NCBI RefSeq assembly: GCF_006345805.1
Contig: NW_021836294.1
Span: forward strand, 1 to 64,000
From: Octopus sinensis
Taxonomy: Eukaryota
DNA: 64,000 bases
Reading direction: 5' to 3'
This document shows, piece by piece, positions 12,921 to 25,170 of the stretch. The notes beneath the pieces are model-generated. The model ran no database searches. It had not been told where the DNA came from and saw nothing but the letters and a program-made list of their open reading frames with translations. Position numbers and translations under genes: made by a program. Position 1 is the first letter of the stretch, and each line of letters begins with the position of its first letter.

Positions 12921-13310
12921 ACTCTTTTACTCTTTTACTTGTTTCAGTCATTTGACTGCGGCCATGCTGGAGCACCGCCTTTAGTCGAACAAATCGACCC
13001 CGGGACTTATTCTTTGTAAACCCAGTACTTATTCTATCGGTCTCTTTTGCCGAACCGCTAAGTGACGGGGACGTAAACACACCAGCATCAGTTGTCAAGC
13101 AATGCTAGGGGGACAAACACACACACACAGATATATATACATATATACGACGGGCTTCTTTCAGTTTCCGTCTACCAAATCCACTCACAAGGCTTTGGTC
13201 GGCCCGGGGCTATAGTAGAAGACACTTGCCCAAGGTGCCACGCAGTGGGACTGAACCCGGAACCATGTGGTTGGTTAGCAAGCTACTTACCACACAGCCA
13301 CTCCTGCGCC
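12921..13310 (-). mobile_element. SINE-B, full length
   Basis: Complete head (GGGTTCAGTCCC B-box), core and (AAAAGAGT)n tail on the minus strand. Confidence 0.9.
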
Positions 13311-13959
13311 TTACACGTGTGTAAGTTCTTACTAAATTTACCACCAGGTGTGGAAGGTTCCGCCAATGCAACTCAGTTTCGTCTCTGTTACACACATGCG
13401 TAATTAAGAGCCCTTCATAATGAAATCACTTAATCCCTGCCTGAAGTGTACGATTTCTTCAGTTGGGACTGTCCGCTTTACTATGGGTAATTTTATCACC
13501 CAATTAATGATAATTTTTTAATCACCATAATGACAATGTCATGTCACTAACTTCAAAATTCTTGATGCTTTTAGGCCTAGGTAACAACTGTACAACTCGG
13601 ATATTACAGAGTTCGTTTCAGAATCGAATACTTTCATTCAGTAAGTACTACATGAAGATGCTTGCTTGATGGCGGGCTTCTTAACAGACCACTGATAATC
13701 TACGTTAACGAAAGAATTCTTAACTAAAGGCTTCTTTCTACGATAGGCCCGAGGCCAGAAGTTTTTCAGAGTGGGGTAAGTCAATTACTTCAACCTTAGT
13801 GTTCAACTGGTATTAATTTTATCGACTCCGAAAGAATGAAAAGCAAAGGGTTGAGAAATAGACAGATAGAAAGCCAGGCAGACAGAGACCGACCGACAGA
13901 CAGACACACAGAGATACACATATATACATAAATACGTACATGTATTCATACTTATAAAG

Positions 13960-14400
13960 TCAGTGAGTGAAGGAACGAGTGAGCGAGTGAGTAATGAGCG
14001 AGCGAGCAAGTGAGTGACTGAGCGAGTGAGTGACTGAGCAAGTGATGAGTGAGCGAGCGAGTGATAAGTAAGCGAGTGAGTGATGAGTAAGCGAGCGAGT
14101 GAGTGATGAGTAAGCGAGTGAGTGATGAGTGAGCGAGTGAGTGATGAGTGAGCGAGTGAGTGATGAGTGAGCGAGTGAGTGATGAGTGAGCGAGTGAGTG
14201 ATGAGTGAGCGATGAGTGAACAAGTGTGTGAGTGATGAGCGAGCAAGTGTGTGAGCGATGAGTGAGCAAGTGTGTGAGCGATGAGTGAGCAAGTGTGTGA
14301 GCGATGAGTGAGCAAGTGTGTGAGCGATGAGTGAGCAAGTGTGTGAGCGATGAGTGAGCAAGTGTGTGAGCAATGAGTGAGCAAGTGTGTGAGTGAGAGT
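13960..14400. repeat. Minisatellite: 19-bp units grading into 23-bp GAGTGAGCAAGTGTGTGAGCGAT
   Basis: Direct inspection; reverse complement of the 16000-16712 unit. Confidence 0.9.
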
Positions 14401-15011
14401 AGTAAAATGAAAAAACAGAGACCTAGAAAATGGTGCGCAACCTATTTCGTGAAATACGAAAGTTTTGATCGAATGCTGGAAATGCAACTCCTCTGAGAGT
14501 GAACGCGGCTCTTGTAACAAAAGCCTTACTGTGACGGAAGCGAGGTTTAGACTGTTAATCAATCATGTGATCGATCTCGTTCTCATTAAACTTCAAGTTC
14601 CTCCAATTCGAATCTGGAAACAAAAATACTTTACACACAAATGGCTTCGGTGTTATCGTTCAGTAACCAACGTTCAGACAAGTATTGTGAAACACGATAG
14701 TCTTATTGTAGACCAAATTAACGAAATTCTGTTCAGAATTTCTTCAAGTACAAAATTTCAAAAGTAAATCTAAACAAATAATTCTTAAAATTTTCATTTA
14801 ATGAACTGCAATGTTTAGAGAATATGGAATCATAATTGGTTATCCATCACCATTATGAAGGAGAGTTTGGTGTCAAAACTCAGCGGTGGCTTTAAAAACT
14901 GTCGTCTGCGTATATAATACAGTGTAAGGATTCAGGGAGTTTGTCTTATGTGTCTGTTACAAAGTTCTTCCAGCACCTACAGTTACCAAAATTAGAACCG
15001 AGACTGATTAG

Positions 15012-15991
15012 ACTAGGATTCTCAGCCATTTTAAAAATATTTATCAACGGACCCCCTTTGATTACTATCTTATTCTGGCGGGTCCCCATAGCCATTCGAT
15101 GTTTAAAAACGGTTTTTATAGAAATGTCTTTTAAAATTCCTCTTTTATTTTCGACACATTAACTTGTGTAGGTTGAACAACGTAAAGTGTTAGAGAAAGA
15201 AACCCAGCTGTTTCTTGCAATACATAACCAATATATATTTTATTTTTTATGCACCCTTTTCAAGCCTAGCCAGGCTCATGGGCCCGGTTTCCCAGTTTCT
15301 GTGGCGTAAGTGTTCCCCCCAGCTGGACGGGACGCCAGTCCATCGCAGCATTACTCAAGAAACAGGGAGAGTGAGAGAAAGTTGGGGCGAAAGAGTATAA
15401 CAGGGGTGGCCACCACCCTGTCGGAGCCTCGTGGAGCTTTAGGTGTTTTCGCTCAATAAACACACACAACGCCCGGTCTGGGAATCGAAACCGCGATCCT
15501 CCGACCGCGAGTCCGCTGCTCTAACCACTGGGCCATTACGTCTCCACAACTAATACATACATCTAAAGCAAAATTTTTCAGGGGCCCTTAAAATGCTATT
15601 GTGGATCCTCAATTTGCCATCTTGTTGCATAAACACCCCATCCCCACCAAATCTTATATGGTCCTTCAAGGGGCCATATGTATCCCGATTGAGAACTACT
15701 GCTCTGGACCAAGGATCCTTAACCATTTTTCATCTGTGGACACCTTTGATTACTAAGAAGCTTCTTTCAAAATTCCTTTATTTTTTTTTTCACACATTCA
15801 CTGTGTAAAGTTGAACTATGGAAAATGTTAGAGATAGAAACCCAGCTGTTTCTTGCAATACATACCAATGCATACATCGAAAGCAAAACTTTTTCAGGAA
15901 CCCTTAAAATACCATTGTGGATCCCTGTCGCAATGGACCCTCAAAAATCATGAATCCTCAGGAGCAATATGGACCCCGGTTGAGAACCACT
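15012..15991. mobile_element. Two tandem degraded hAT-like MITEs (first interrupted by SINE-D)
   Basis: Ends GATTGAGAACTACTG (~15700) and GGTTGAGAACCAC (~15990) resemble the reverse complement of CAGTGGTTCTCAACC hAT/Charlie-type TIRs; internal duplication AGAAACCCAGCTGTTTCTTGCAATACATA at ~15200 and ~15840. Confidence 0.45.
15249..15548 (-). mobile_element. SINE-D
   Basis: Head TGGCCCAGTGGTTAGAGC / GGTTTCGATTCC and D-type tail. Confidence 0.85.
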
Positions 15992-15999
15992 CGATTAGA

Positions 16000-16712
16000 C
16001 TCACTCATCGCTCACACACCTGCTCACTCATCGCTCACACACTTGTTCAATCATCGCTCACACACTTGCTCACTCATCGCTCACACACTTGCTCACTCAT
16101 CGCTCACACACTTGCTCATCATCGCTCACACACTTGCTCACTCATCGCTCACACACTGCTCACTCATCGCTCACACTCACTCATCGCTCACACACTTGCT
16201 CACTCATCGCTCACACACTTGTTCACTCATCGCTCACACACTTGCTCACTCATCGCTCACACACTTGCTCACTCATCGCTCACACACTCGCTCACTCATC
16301 GCTCACACACTCGCTCACTCATCGCTCACACACTTGCTCACTCATCGCTCACACACTCGCTCACTCATCGCTCACACACTCGCTCACTCATCGCTCACAC
16401 ACTTGTTCAATCATCGCTCACACACTTGCTCACTCATCGCTCACACACTTGCTCACTCATCGCTCACACACTCGCTCACTCATCGCTCACACACTCGCTC
16501 ACTCATCGCTCACACACTCGCTCACTCATCGCTCACACACTCGCTCACTCATCGCTCACACACTCGCTCACTCATCGCTCACACACTCGCTCACACACTT
16601 GCTCAATCATCGCTCACACATTCGCTTACTCATCGCTCACACACTCGATCACTCATCGCTCACACACTCGATCACTCATCGCTCACACACTTGCTCACTC
16701 ATCGCTCACACA
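16000..16712. repeat. 23-bp minisatellite CTCACTCATCGCTCACACACTTG (~30 copies)
   Basis: Direct inspection; explains three overlapping LTHRSH-repeat ORFs. Confidence 0.95.
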
Positions 16713-16734
16713 CTCGAAGGTCATTAAGAATTGA

Positions 16735-16900
16735 TACTCCAGAGTTTGAGTTCAAATTCCGCCGAAGACGATTTTGCCTTTCACCCTTTCGGAATAAATG
16801 AAATAAGTCCCAACTGAGAACCGGGATCGATATAATCCGCTGGCCCCTTTTCTTCCCCCAAAGTTTCAGGTCTTGAGCCTATAGTAGAAAGGATATTATT
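16735..16900 (+). mobile_element. SINE-A, 5'-truncated, tail type 1
   Basis: GAGTTCAAATTCCGCC ... GAGCCTATAGTAGAAAGGATTATT. Confidence 0.65.
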
Positions 16901-17108
16901 CCCAGTGCTAATATCCTCAGTAATCACTTTTTCTTGTCTCCCCTAAATTGGTCTGATTTCAAAATATTTTTCCTGGGGACCTTGTTGGGGGTTACCTCAA
17001 CCACGGGTGTACAGGATCGTTAGCACATACCCCAGCATCTGAGTAATATTTCCAAAAGGCGTACTCCCAACATTTTTGAAGTACTACACCACTTCACTCA
17101 CACCCGCA

Positions 17109-17152
<44 letters not shown>

Positions 17153-17319
17153 ATAAAGGAGTCGGGGTGGGGGTTCGTGAGTTAAAGGACTGGCTTGTTT
17201 GTCTTTCATATTACATTTCTGGTGTGTGTTGTTTTAGTGTAGTTGAGTAATGAGCGGGTGGATAGGAAGAACGCTGTACAAAAGATGTACCCCTATCTGA
17301 TATGAAATTTGTAATAACA

Positions 17320-17906
17320 GCTATGCGTGTGTGTGTGTGTGTGTGTGTGCGTGTGTGTATGTGTGTGTGTAGGTGTGTGTGTAGGTGTGTGTGTGTGTGC
17401 ATGTGCGTGTGTGCATGCATGTGTGTGTAGGTGTGTGTGTGTGTAGGTGTGTAGGTGCATGTGTGTGTGTGCATGTGTGTGTGTGCATGCGTGTGTGTGT
17501 AGGTGCGTGTGTGTAGGTGTGTGTGTATGTGCGTGTGTATGTGCGTATGTGTGTGTATGTGCGTATTTGTGTGTGTGCGCATGTGTGTGTGTGTGTGCAT
17601 GTGTGTGTGTGCATGTGTGCTTGTAGGTGTGTGTGTGTAGGTGTGTGTGTGTGAGCATATGTGTGTGTGCATATGTGTGTGCATGTGTGTGTGTGCATGT
17701 GTGTTTGTAGGTGTGTGTGTGTAGGTGTGTGTGTGTAGGTGTGTGTGTTTGTGCATGTGTGCGTGTGTGCATGTGTGCGTGTGTGCATGTGTGCGTGTGT
17801 GCATGTATGCGTGTGTGCATGTGTGCGTGTGTGCATGTGTGTGTGCATGCATATGTGTGTGTGCATGCATATGTGTGTGTGTAGGCGTGTGTGTGTGTGT
17901 GTGTGC
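17320..17906. repeat. Degenerate (GT)n microsatellite
   Basis: Direct inspection. Confidence 0.95.
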
Positions 17907-18118
17907 GATTTTAGGGCTCGCAGGGAGTGAAGCAGCAAGTGATAAATAAATTAAATAAATGCGAAAAAAAATGATAATTACCGATAGAATTATACATATG
18001 ATATTTTATAGTTTATGTATGTATGTATGCATGAATATGTATGTACATATGAAAATATGTGAATGTAAGTTCCTGTATGTAATGTAAGTATTTATGTATG
18101 CATGAATGCATATGAGCG

Positions 18119-18154
<36 letters not shown>

Positions 18155-19110
18155 TATATACACATATTATATGTGGTGTGTGTGTATACCTTAGTATTAA
18201 TGTGCTCATGTATAAATATGTAAATATATATATATACATACATATATATTATAAATATGTGGTGTGTGGATGTGTATAGTTTAGTATTAATGTGTATGTA
18301 TATATATATATATATATATGTGCTTAGTTTCGTATTTGCATTTATGTATATGTATGAGAGGAAAAGGAGTCCGTGTGTGTATATATTAGCTTCTGTTTTT
18401 GTGTATATGTTAGCCTCTGTTTGTGTTTGTGTGTGTGTGTGTGTGTATGTGTGTGTGTGTGTGTGTGTGTATGTTAGCCTCTGCGTGTGTGTGTGTGTGT
18501 GTGTAGGCGTACGTATGCATATTTATTGCATGACTTCGCCCATCGTTCAGGGAAGTATCGTTGCGCACACAGCCGGAGTTTATTTCAAGAACACTTCATT
18601 ATTTTCTTTTCAGAGTTAATGCTTTTTACATGTACACAGAACAATATCATCTTTATTGTCAATTATTCCACAATATTCCACTTAATTCATGCTAACTGCG
18701 ATGTACACAGTTTAAGAAGAAATTCTGAATGAACGATACTCAAAAGAAATGGCTTGTTATTGTACACAGAAAACAAACCCTCAGTTTTGGTAACAAATAT
18801 TCTTGCATTTAGAATATACAGACGAATGTCCCACGACACTGGCTGCAATATTTTGTCTATCGAAAACTTCTGAAAAATATTCGTGTGTAAAAGCTAACAA
18901 ACAATTTACGGTCTTAAAAAAAGGGAAAGTAAGTTTTGCTAAAAATGTGAAAGTAAATTGCGGTAAATAGAGGACAGTGGTTGCCAAAAATTTCGTAAGA
19001 ACATAAAGAACTTCCTTTATGTCTTGTCCATAGATACCGACATGGGTTGTGCCGTCCAATGCTACGTTGAGTATTCCTAGCAACGAACACCACTGAGAAC
19101 TGTAATTGTT

Positions 19111-19684
19111 TTCGTTTCATATAAAAGGGGCTAAACACAGAGAGGACAAACAAGGACAGACAAACGGATTAAGTCGATTACATCGACCCCAGTGCGTAAC
19201 TAGTACTTAATTTTATCGACCCCGATAGGATGAAAGGCAATGTTAACCTCGGCGGAATTTGAACTCAGAACGTAGAGACAGTCGAAATACCCATTTCATT
19301 ACTGCCCAGAAGGGGCTATACACAGAGGGGACAAACAAGGACAGACAAACGGATTAAGTCGATTACATCGACCCCAGTGCATAACTGGATGAAAGGCAAA
19401 GTTGACCTCGGCGGAATTTGAACTCAGAACGTAACGGCAGCCGAAATACCCATTTCTTTACTGCACAGAAGGGGCTAAACACAGAGAGGACAAACAAGGA
19501 CAGACAAACAGATTAAGTCGATTACATCGACCCTAGTGCGTAACTGGTACTTAATTTTATCGACCTCGAAAGGATTAAAGGCAAAGTCGACCTCGGCGGA
19601 ATTTGAACTCAGAACGTAACGGCAGACGAAATACGGCTACGCATTTCACCCGGCGTGCTAACGGTTCTGCCAGCTCGCCGCCTT
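19111..19684 (-). mobile_element. SINE-A trimer (middle unit internally deleted)
   Basis: Junctions GAAATACCCATTTC at ~19285 and ~19445 (variant of the standard junction); head ends 19684. Confidence 0.85.
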
Positions 19685-19856
19685 AAATATGTCTAAGATA
19701 TATGCATGAAAATATTGGATATCACTGTCGTTACTTCTGGTTTCTATCGCAATTGACTGATTATTTTCAGGATAATTCATTTTAGCTATTTTACAGCCAT
19801 AAACTGCATGTTAACCTGTGTAAATAACAGAGAGCCTCGCGCAAAACGCCGAAGGA

Positions 19857-19902
19857 TAACCAGACACTGTGTTTCGATTTAATTTACTCTCTTCAGTGAC
19901 TA
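19857..19902 (-). ncRNA. Minimal type I hammerhead ribozyme motif (Penelope-like)
   Basis: Minus strand: UAGUCA CUGAAGA GAguaaauuaaaUC GAAACAC a GUGUC UGGUUA; core intact, GUC site, 6-bp stem I with 2 wobbles, weak stem II. Confidence 0.65.
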
Positions 19903-20107
19903 ATTATTCAGACGCATCGAACTAATTCAGAAAGGCTTGTCTCGATATCAAAATCGGCAAGCAAAACATTTCCTGATTGTGACAAAACCTAGTCTTGTTA
20001 TATTACAGCGAAACAGCTGTAGTGGTTATATTACAGCGAAATAGCCACACACGCACACACACACACTGGTATTTTCATCTAAGGCGGTTTCTTCTATCTT
20101 TTATCCA

Positions 20108-20330
20108 TTACTTGTTTCAGTCATTTGACTGTGTCCATGCTGGGGCACATCTTCAAAGGTTTTAGTCGAACAAATCAACGCCGGGACTTTCTTTCAAAGC
20201 CTAGTACTTATTTTATCGTTTCGCTTTTGCCGAATCGCTCAGTTATGGAGACATAAGCACACAAACACCAGTTCTCAAGCGGTGGTGGGGACAAGCACAA
20301 AGATACACACAGATGCCTACATACATGCGC

Positions 20331-20376
<46 letters not shown>

Positions 20377-20559
20377 GTTAATCCAAACAAGAAAGCACAA
20401 AAAAAAACACAACGACGCGAGGACGTGGAACAAATATAGTATTATTGGACGCTCAGGAAAGAAGGAGGGTTTAACGTTTCGAGCGGAGCTCTTCGTCGGA
20501 AACATAAGAGAAGGAAAGATCCAGAGAAGGGAAGACAGAGGAAAAAAATCGCCAACGGT

Positions 20560-20590
<31 letters not shown>

Positions 20591-20690
20591 CGGCGGGCTT
20601 CTTTCAGTTTCTGTACCAAATCCACCCAGAAAGCTTTGGTCTTCCGAGGCTGAAGTAGAACACACTTACCGAAGGTGCCAAGCAGCGAAT
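20108..20690 (-). mobile_element. SINE-B carrying an insertion in its internal microsatellite
   Basis: Tail 20108-20330, head 20590-20690; insert 20376-20560. Confidence 0.75.
20376..20560 (-). mobile_element. ~185-bp hammerhead-motif element (Penelope-terminal-repeat-like)
   Basis: 20469-20503 reverse complement: GTTT CCGACGA A GAGC TCC GCTC GAAACGTT AAAC; homologous to 22985-23150. Confidence 0.6.
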
Positions 20691-21074
20691 TTAAATAGTT
20701 TAACCATTTAGCCTTAAATACCAGAAAAAGTATGCAGCTCTAAGAGTTATGCGAAGCCAACATTTCATACCCAAAAATATAATGTATAAATCTCTCCCTC
20801 CTTCTCTCTCTCTAAAGTCAAATAAGCAGTAAAATATCAACGGTTTTAAAATGCCGTCGCAGATCAGAAAGATTTGATCTTCACCCACGGCATTTATACG
20901 GCAATAATTCGGAAAATATTTTTACAACTTTATGTATTTATTTGAAATTCTCCAATAAAAAAGACCGTCGGCTACTTTTAGAGAAAGGTTGAAAAGGAAG
21001 GAAGGAGTGAAAGAGAATGATACTAAAACTGTACATACATTCATACACACACACACACACACACACATATATAT

Positions 21075-21284
21075 GTCAGTCATTTGACTGCGGCCATGCA
21101 CCGTCTTTAGTCGAGCAAGTCGACCTCAGGACTTATTCTTTGTAAGCCTACTACTTATTCTGTTGATCAATTTTGCCGAACTGCTAAGTTACGGGGACGT
21201 AAGCTCACCAACGTCGGTTGTCAAGCGATGTTGAGAGGATAAACACAGACATGCAAACATATACACACACATATATGTATGTAC

Positions 21285-21318
<34 letters not shown>

Positions 21319-21442
21319 GTCGGGCTTTGGTTATGCCCGTGGTTATAGTAGAAGACACTTGCCCAAGGTGCCACGCAGTGGGACTGGACCCGTAACCATG
21401 TGGTTGGTAAGCAAGCTACTTACCACACAGCCACTCCTGCGC
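21075..21442 (-). mobile_element. SINE-B
   Basis: Head, partly deleted core and tail recognisable. Confidence 0.8.
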
Positions 21443-21572
21443 CAATACATATATACACACACACATATACACATTTAAATGCATATATATAAATATACTT
21501 ATACACACACACACAATGAATTTACATCTACATATGCATGTATACATATACATACAAATGCATACATAGAAA

Positions 21573-21639
<67 letters not shown>

Positions 21640-22025
21640 TATTCATATGTATATTTAAAATAGCAAATAAAAGTTGGTAGTAAAATAATTGATAAAACAT
21701 TTGAATGAAATATGTTGGTAGGATATTGTAATAAAAAGACCGATAAAGGAATTTGAAGATAATAAAACCCATAAATAGGAGCGATAATAAAGAGGTAATT
21801 AAAGGAGCAATTAAACAGTGCGGTAATAAAAGAACCGAAATGTTAAATATTATATGGAGGGAAATCGTTAATATTAGGAATTGCACTCGCCGACCCTTAG
21901 GAAGATCAAGGTCATAGTCTGGAGGAAAATAATGAGGTAAGACAGTTCGTTACACAGTCCGGCTGATCTCCGGTATATAGTGCGGGGCTCTTCACGTTTC
22001 TTCATGGACATACATACATGTATAC

Positions 22026-22398
22026 ATACAAATACCTATTTCTTTACTACCCACAAGGGGCTAAACACAGAGGAGAGAAACAAGGACAGGCAGACGGATT
22101 AAGTCGATTATATTGACCCCAGTGAGTAACTGGTACTTAATTTATCGACCCCGAAAGGATGAAAGGCAAAGTCGACCTCGGCGGAATTTGAACTCAGAAC
22201 GTAACGGCTGACGAAATACCTATTTCTTTACTACCCACAAGGGGCTAAACACAGAGGAGACAAACAAGGACAGACAGACGGATTAAGTCGATTATATTGA
22301 CCTCAGTGCGTAACTGGTTCTTAATTTATTGACCCCGAAGGGAGGAAAGGCAAAGTCGACCTCGGCGGAATTTGAGCTCAGAACGTAACGGCAGACAG
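22026..22398 (-). mobile_element. SINE-A dimer, 5'-truncated
   Basis: Two units with the standard junction at ~22214. Confidence 0.85.
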
Positions 22399-22984
22399 GT
22401 GTGCATGTGTGCGTATATGTCTATGTTTTGTGTGTGTATGTATGTATGTATACATAAATACATACATACATGCATGCATACATATTATAAACATATGAAG
22501 AACTATGTGAAGGCAATGAAAAATCCAACCACCCACCATCTACCATGAAAGGCATTATAAATATATTTAATCGAATATCTAAACTTTTGGCATGTGAAAT
22601 GATATTTAATTCACGTGCACTCTATTACAATGTAGCATTACCTAGGACCGGATATGCTGCGAAACTCAAATACATGCCTAACAACAATCTTAATTTGTAC
22701 AGCAACAACAGTCTTATTAACGTATACATCAACAATGGTTAATTTTGTTCTTCGTGGTATTCTTCATTCCGTTTAGCACTTATTTCCTTGCTTTATGATT
22801 AAGACAGAATGGTAATTTATTGTCAGCCTGGCTCTTTTCTTCATTTCTTTTTGTATTTCGATTGTAATTTAAATGTATATAAATACACACGCACATATAT
22901 ATATATATGCATTTACATCTACATTAGCATGCATACATACATACAACTGCATATATATGTGTGTGTGTGTGACCTCGTGTGTAT

Positions 22985-23150
22985 CGTTGGCGATTTTCTT
23001 TCTCCGACCTTGGATCTTTCCTTTTTCTATGTTTCTGACGAAGAGCTCCGCTCGAAACGTTAAATCCAATAACACTATACTTGTTCCACGTCCTCGCGTT
23101 GTTGTGTTTTCTCTTTGTATTTTCACGTTTGGATTAATTATATATATATT
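22985..23150 (+). mobile_element. Hammerhead-motif element, second copy
   Basis: 23031-23065: GTTT CTGACGA A GAGC TCC GCTC GAAACGTT AAAT. Confidence 0.6.
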
Positions 23151-23290
23151 ACTGTTGTGTCTGGGGAGAGCCATTTTCTTTTTGCGCCTTATAATGTAAC
23201 ACAATCACCGGTAAAATTTCCACATATTTCTTATTTTTATTTTCCAAAAAAATTTTCGTTTCGCCTTGCGACCTTTTCAATTGCTTTCGG
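23150..23290 (+). repeat. Dispersed repeat (second copy 55390-55530)
   Basis: TGTTGTGTCTGGGGAGAG...CCGGTAAAATTTCCAC...CCTTTTCAAT shared. Confidence 0.55.
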
Positions 23291-23455
23291 TGCGAATGGT
23301 CTTTTATACGGTGCCATTTTTACAATCCTGCAAATAATAAAAATGGTATTTTATATAAACTTTAAGCTTATATAAAAATACCATACACACACACACACAA
23401 ACACATTTATATTTATGTGCATATTTAAAATAGCAAATAAAAGTTGGTAGTAAAA

Positions 23456-23849
23456 TTTTTATATATAAAAGTAAGGTTGTGTTCTGTCTGTCTCCTACAA
23501 TTTAGATTCCTAACTACTCCCACATTTTGCGGTGCAGTTTAACCAAAACCGGGTATCTTATAGTCGTGATTCATATCGAGCCCTTCTGGGTATTAGCGCG
23601 CGTCTACGATGAGTCTACGATTTAAAAAAGAATTTACCATCAATTTTTCCCATTTTTAATGTATTTTTGGCATATATAAGGGAAGTAACTCTCTAAAAAT
23701 TTATTATTAAATCTCAGAACGTAAAAAGCTACAGTAACACCCCCCTTGTGGTTAGCCATATTGAGATGGCTATTATACTTTACATCTCTAAAAATGCTTA
23801 TATAGTTATTTCCCTTACAAACCCGAGCAACACCGGGCGATACTGCTAG
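23456..23849 (+). mobile_element. Non-autonomous Helitron (type I)
   Basis: Ends ...CCCGAGCAACACCGGGCGATACTGCTAG|T; empty-site homolog at 21670-21700 shows A|T insertion without TSD. Confidence 0.9.
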
Positions 23850-24046
23850 TAATTGATAAAACATTTGAATGAAATATGTTGATAGGATATTGTAATTAAA
23901 AGACCGGTAAAGGAATTTGTTTATCACTATATCTGTGGATTTAGTTTTGTCTGTAAACTGCTGAAAATGGCATCACATTGGGTGTACATTCTCACACTGA
24001 GTAGAATGGGGAGAGAATGAAGCGAAGACGTTATTCAAACCATCAT

Positions 24047-24151
24047 CTGAGGAGGCGCATATTACACCTTGGGTTTATTATAATTATTACACAACATCTC
24101 ACCCAACAGGTGTAGATATGCATCGAAACACTTGCAGTGAATATAAATAAA
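24047..24151 (+). ncRNA. Degenerate hammerhead-like motif with long stem II, followed by AATAAA
   Basis: CTGAGGA GGCGCATATTACACC...GGTGTAGATATGCATC GAAACACT TGC AGTG; U16.1 position reads A. Confidence 0.35.
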
Positions 24152-24319
24152 GAATGTCGCTCATTCTATTTTCTATTAGTTATTGATTTATGTAAATTTT
24201 ACGGATACTTTGGAATTTCTGGTGTCAGTCTAGTAACAAGAGCGTTTCGACTGTATGATGACATCAGGTAGCCAATAATTGTGGACGTGCTTTGCATAGC
24301 GTTCTACAAGGTTTTTGCT

Positions 24320-24617
24320 TGTTCCTTCCCGAGCCATGCCTGGCTCATAAGGGCCGGTTCCCGGTTTCCTTGGCGTATAGTTTCCCCACCTGGAGACGCC
24401 GGTCCGTTACAGGTGAGCTGCTAGATACAGGAGAAAAGAGTGAGAGAAAGTTGTGGCGAAAGAGTCAGTAGAAGTTCGCCATTACCTTCTGCCACAGCCG
24501 CGTGGTGCTTAGGTGTTTCGCTCATAAACACACACATTTGCTCGGTCTGAGATTCGAACCCGCGATCCCTCGACCGCGAGTCCGCTGCTCTAACCACTAG
24601 GCCATGTGCCTCCCACA
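24320..24617 (-). mobile_element. SINE-D
   Basis: Same head and tail as 4866-5168. Confidence 0.85.
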
Positions 24618-24829
24618 AGCTTTTTACCTATATCTTATTTAACTATATTATAAACGTACACATAATATGTTTTCATTAATTTTGTTTCTATTTCAGTTCG
24701 ACGTTTCGCAAGTTGAATTTTCGTTCATCAGATAACATAAATAAAGGAAGTGTATACATGTTTTCCAGGGGAATGTCATCGATTTCGACCACATCTATAT
24801 TAGTGACATTGTCTGTTTGTCATAAGGTG

Positions 24830-25170
24830 TCGAACTGGCAGGTCTTTAGCGCGTCGTACCAAATGCTTAAAGACATTCCCTCTGGCTTTATACATTCCGA
24901 GTTCAAATTCGACCCCAGTCGACTTTATCTCATCTTTACGGGGTCGATGTAATCGACTAGTAACTTCCTTTCATATTTCATGCCTTGACCCTAAATTGTT
25001 TGTCTTCAGGCCACCATTTGACAAATGCTTCAGCGTGTCGGACAAAATGCATCATGGCACTTCTTCCGACTCTAAGTTCTCAGTTCAAACTCCGCTGGGG
25101 TCAACTTTGCCTTTAATCCTTTCCAGATCGATAAAATAAGTATCGGTTGAGCACTGGGGTTGATCTAATC
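24830..25170 (+). mobile_element. Two degraded SINE-A copies
   Basis: GAGTTCAAATTCGACC and CAGTTCAAACTCCGCTGGGGTCAAC motifs. Confidence 0.6.

Noticed and set aside
13803-17949. Long ORFs of 190-290 aa (LTHRSH and THTH repeats)
   Set aside because: Translations of mini/microsatellites open in several frames; the same applies to 8256-8840, 28724-30003, 31641-32303, 36273-37058 and 47298-47813.
22026-22040. Extra GTATTT after the last SINE-A unit as proof of a circular template
   Set aside because: It can be explained by the flanking CATAC microsatellite; at 4016 the same bases belong to the TSD.
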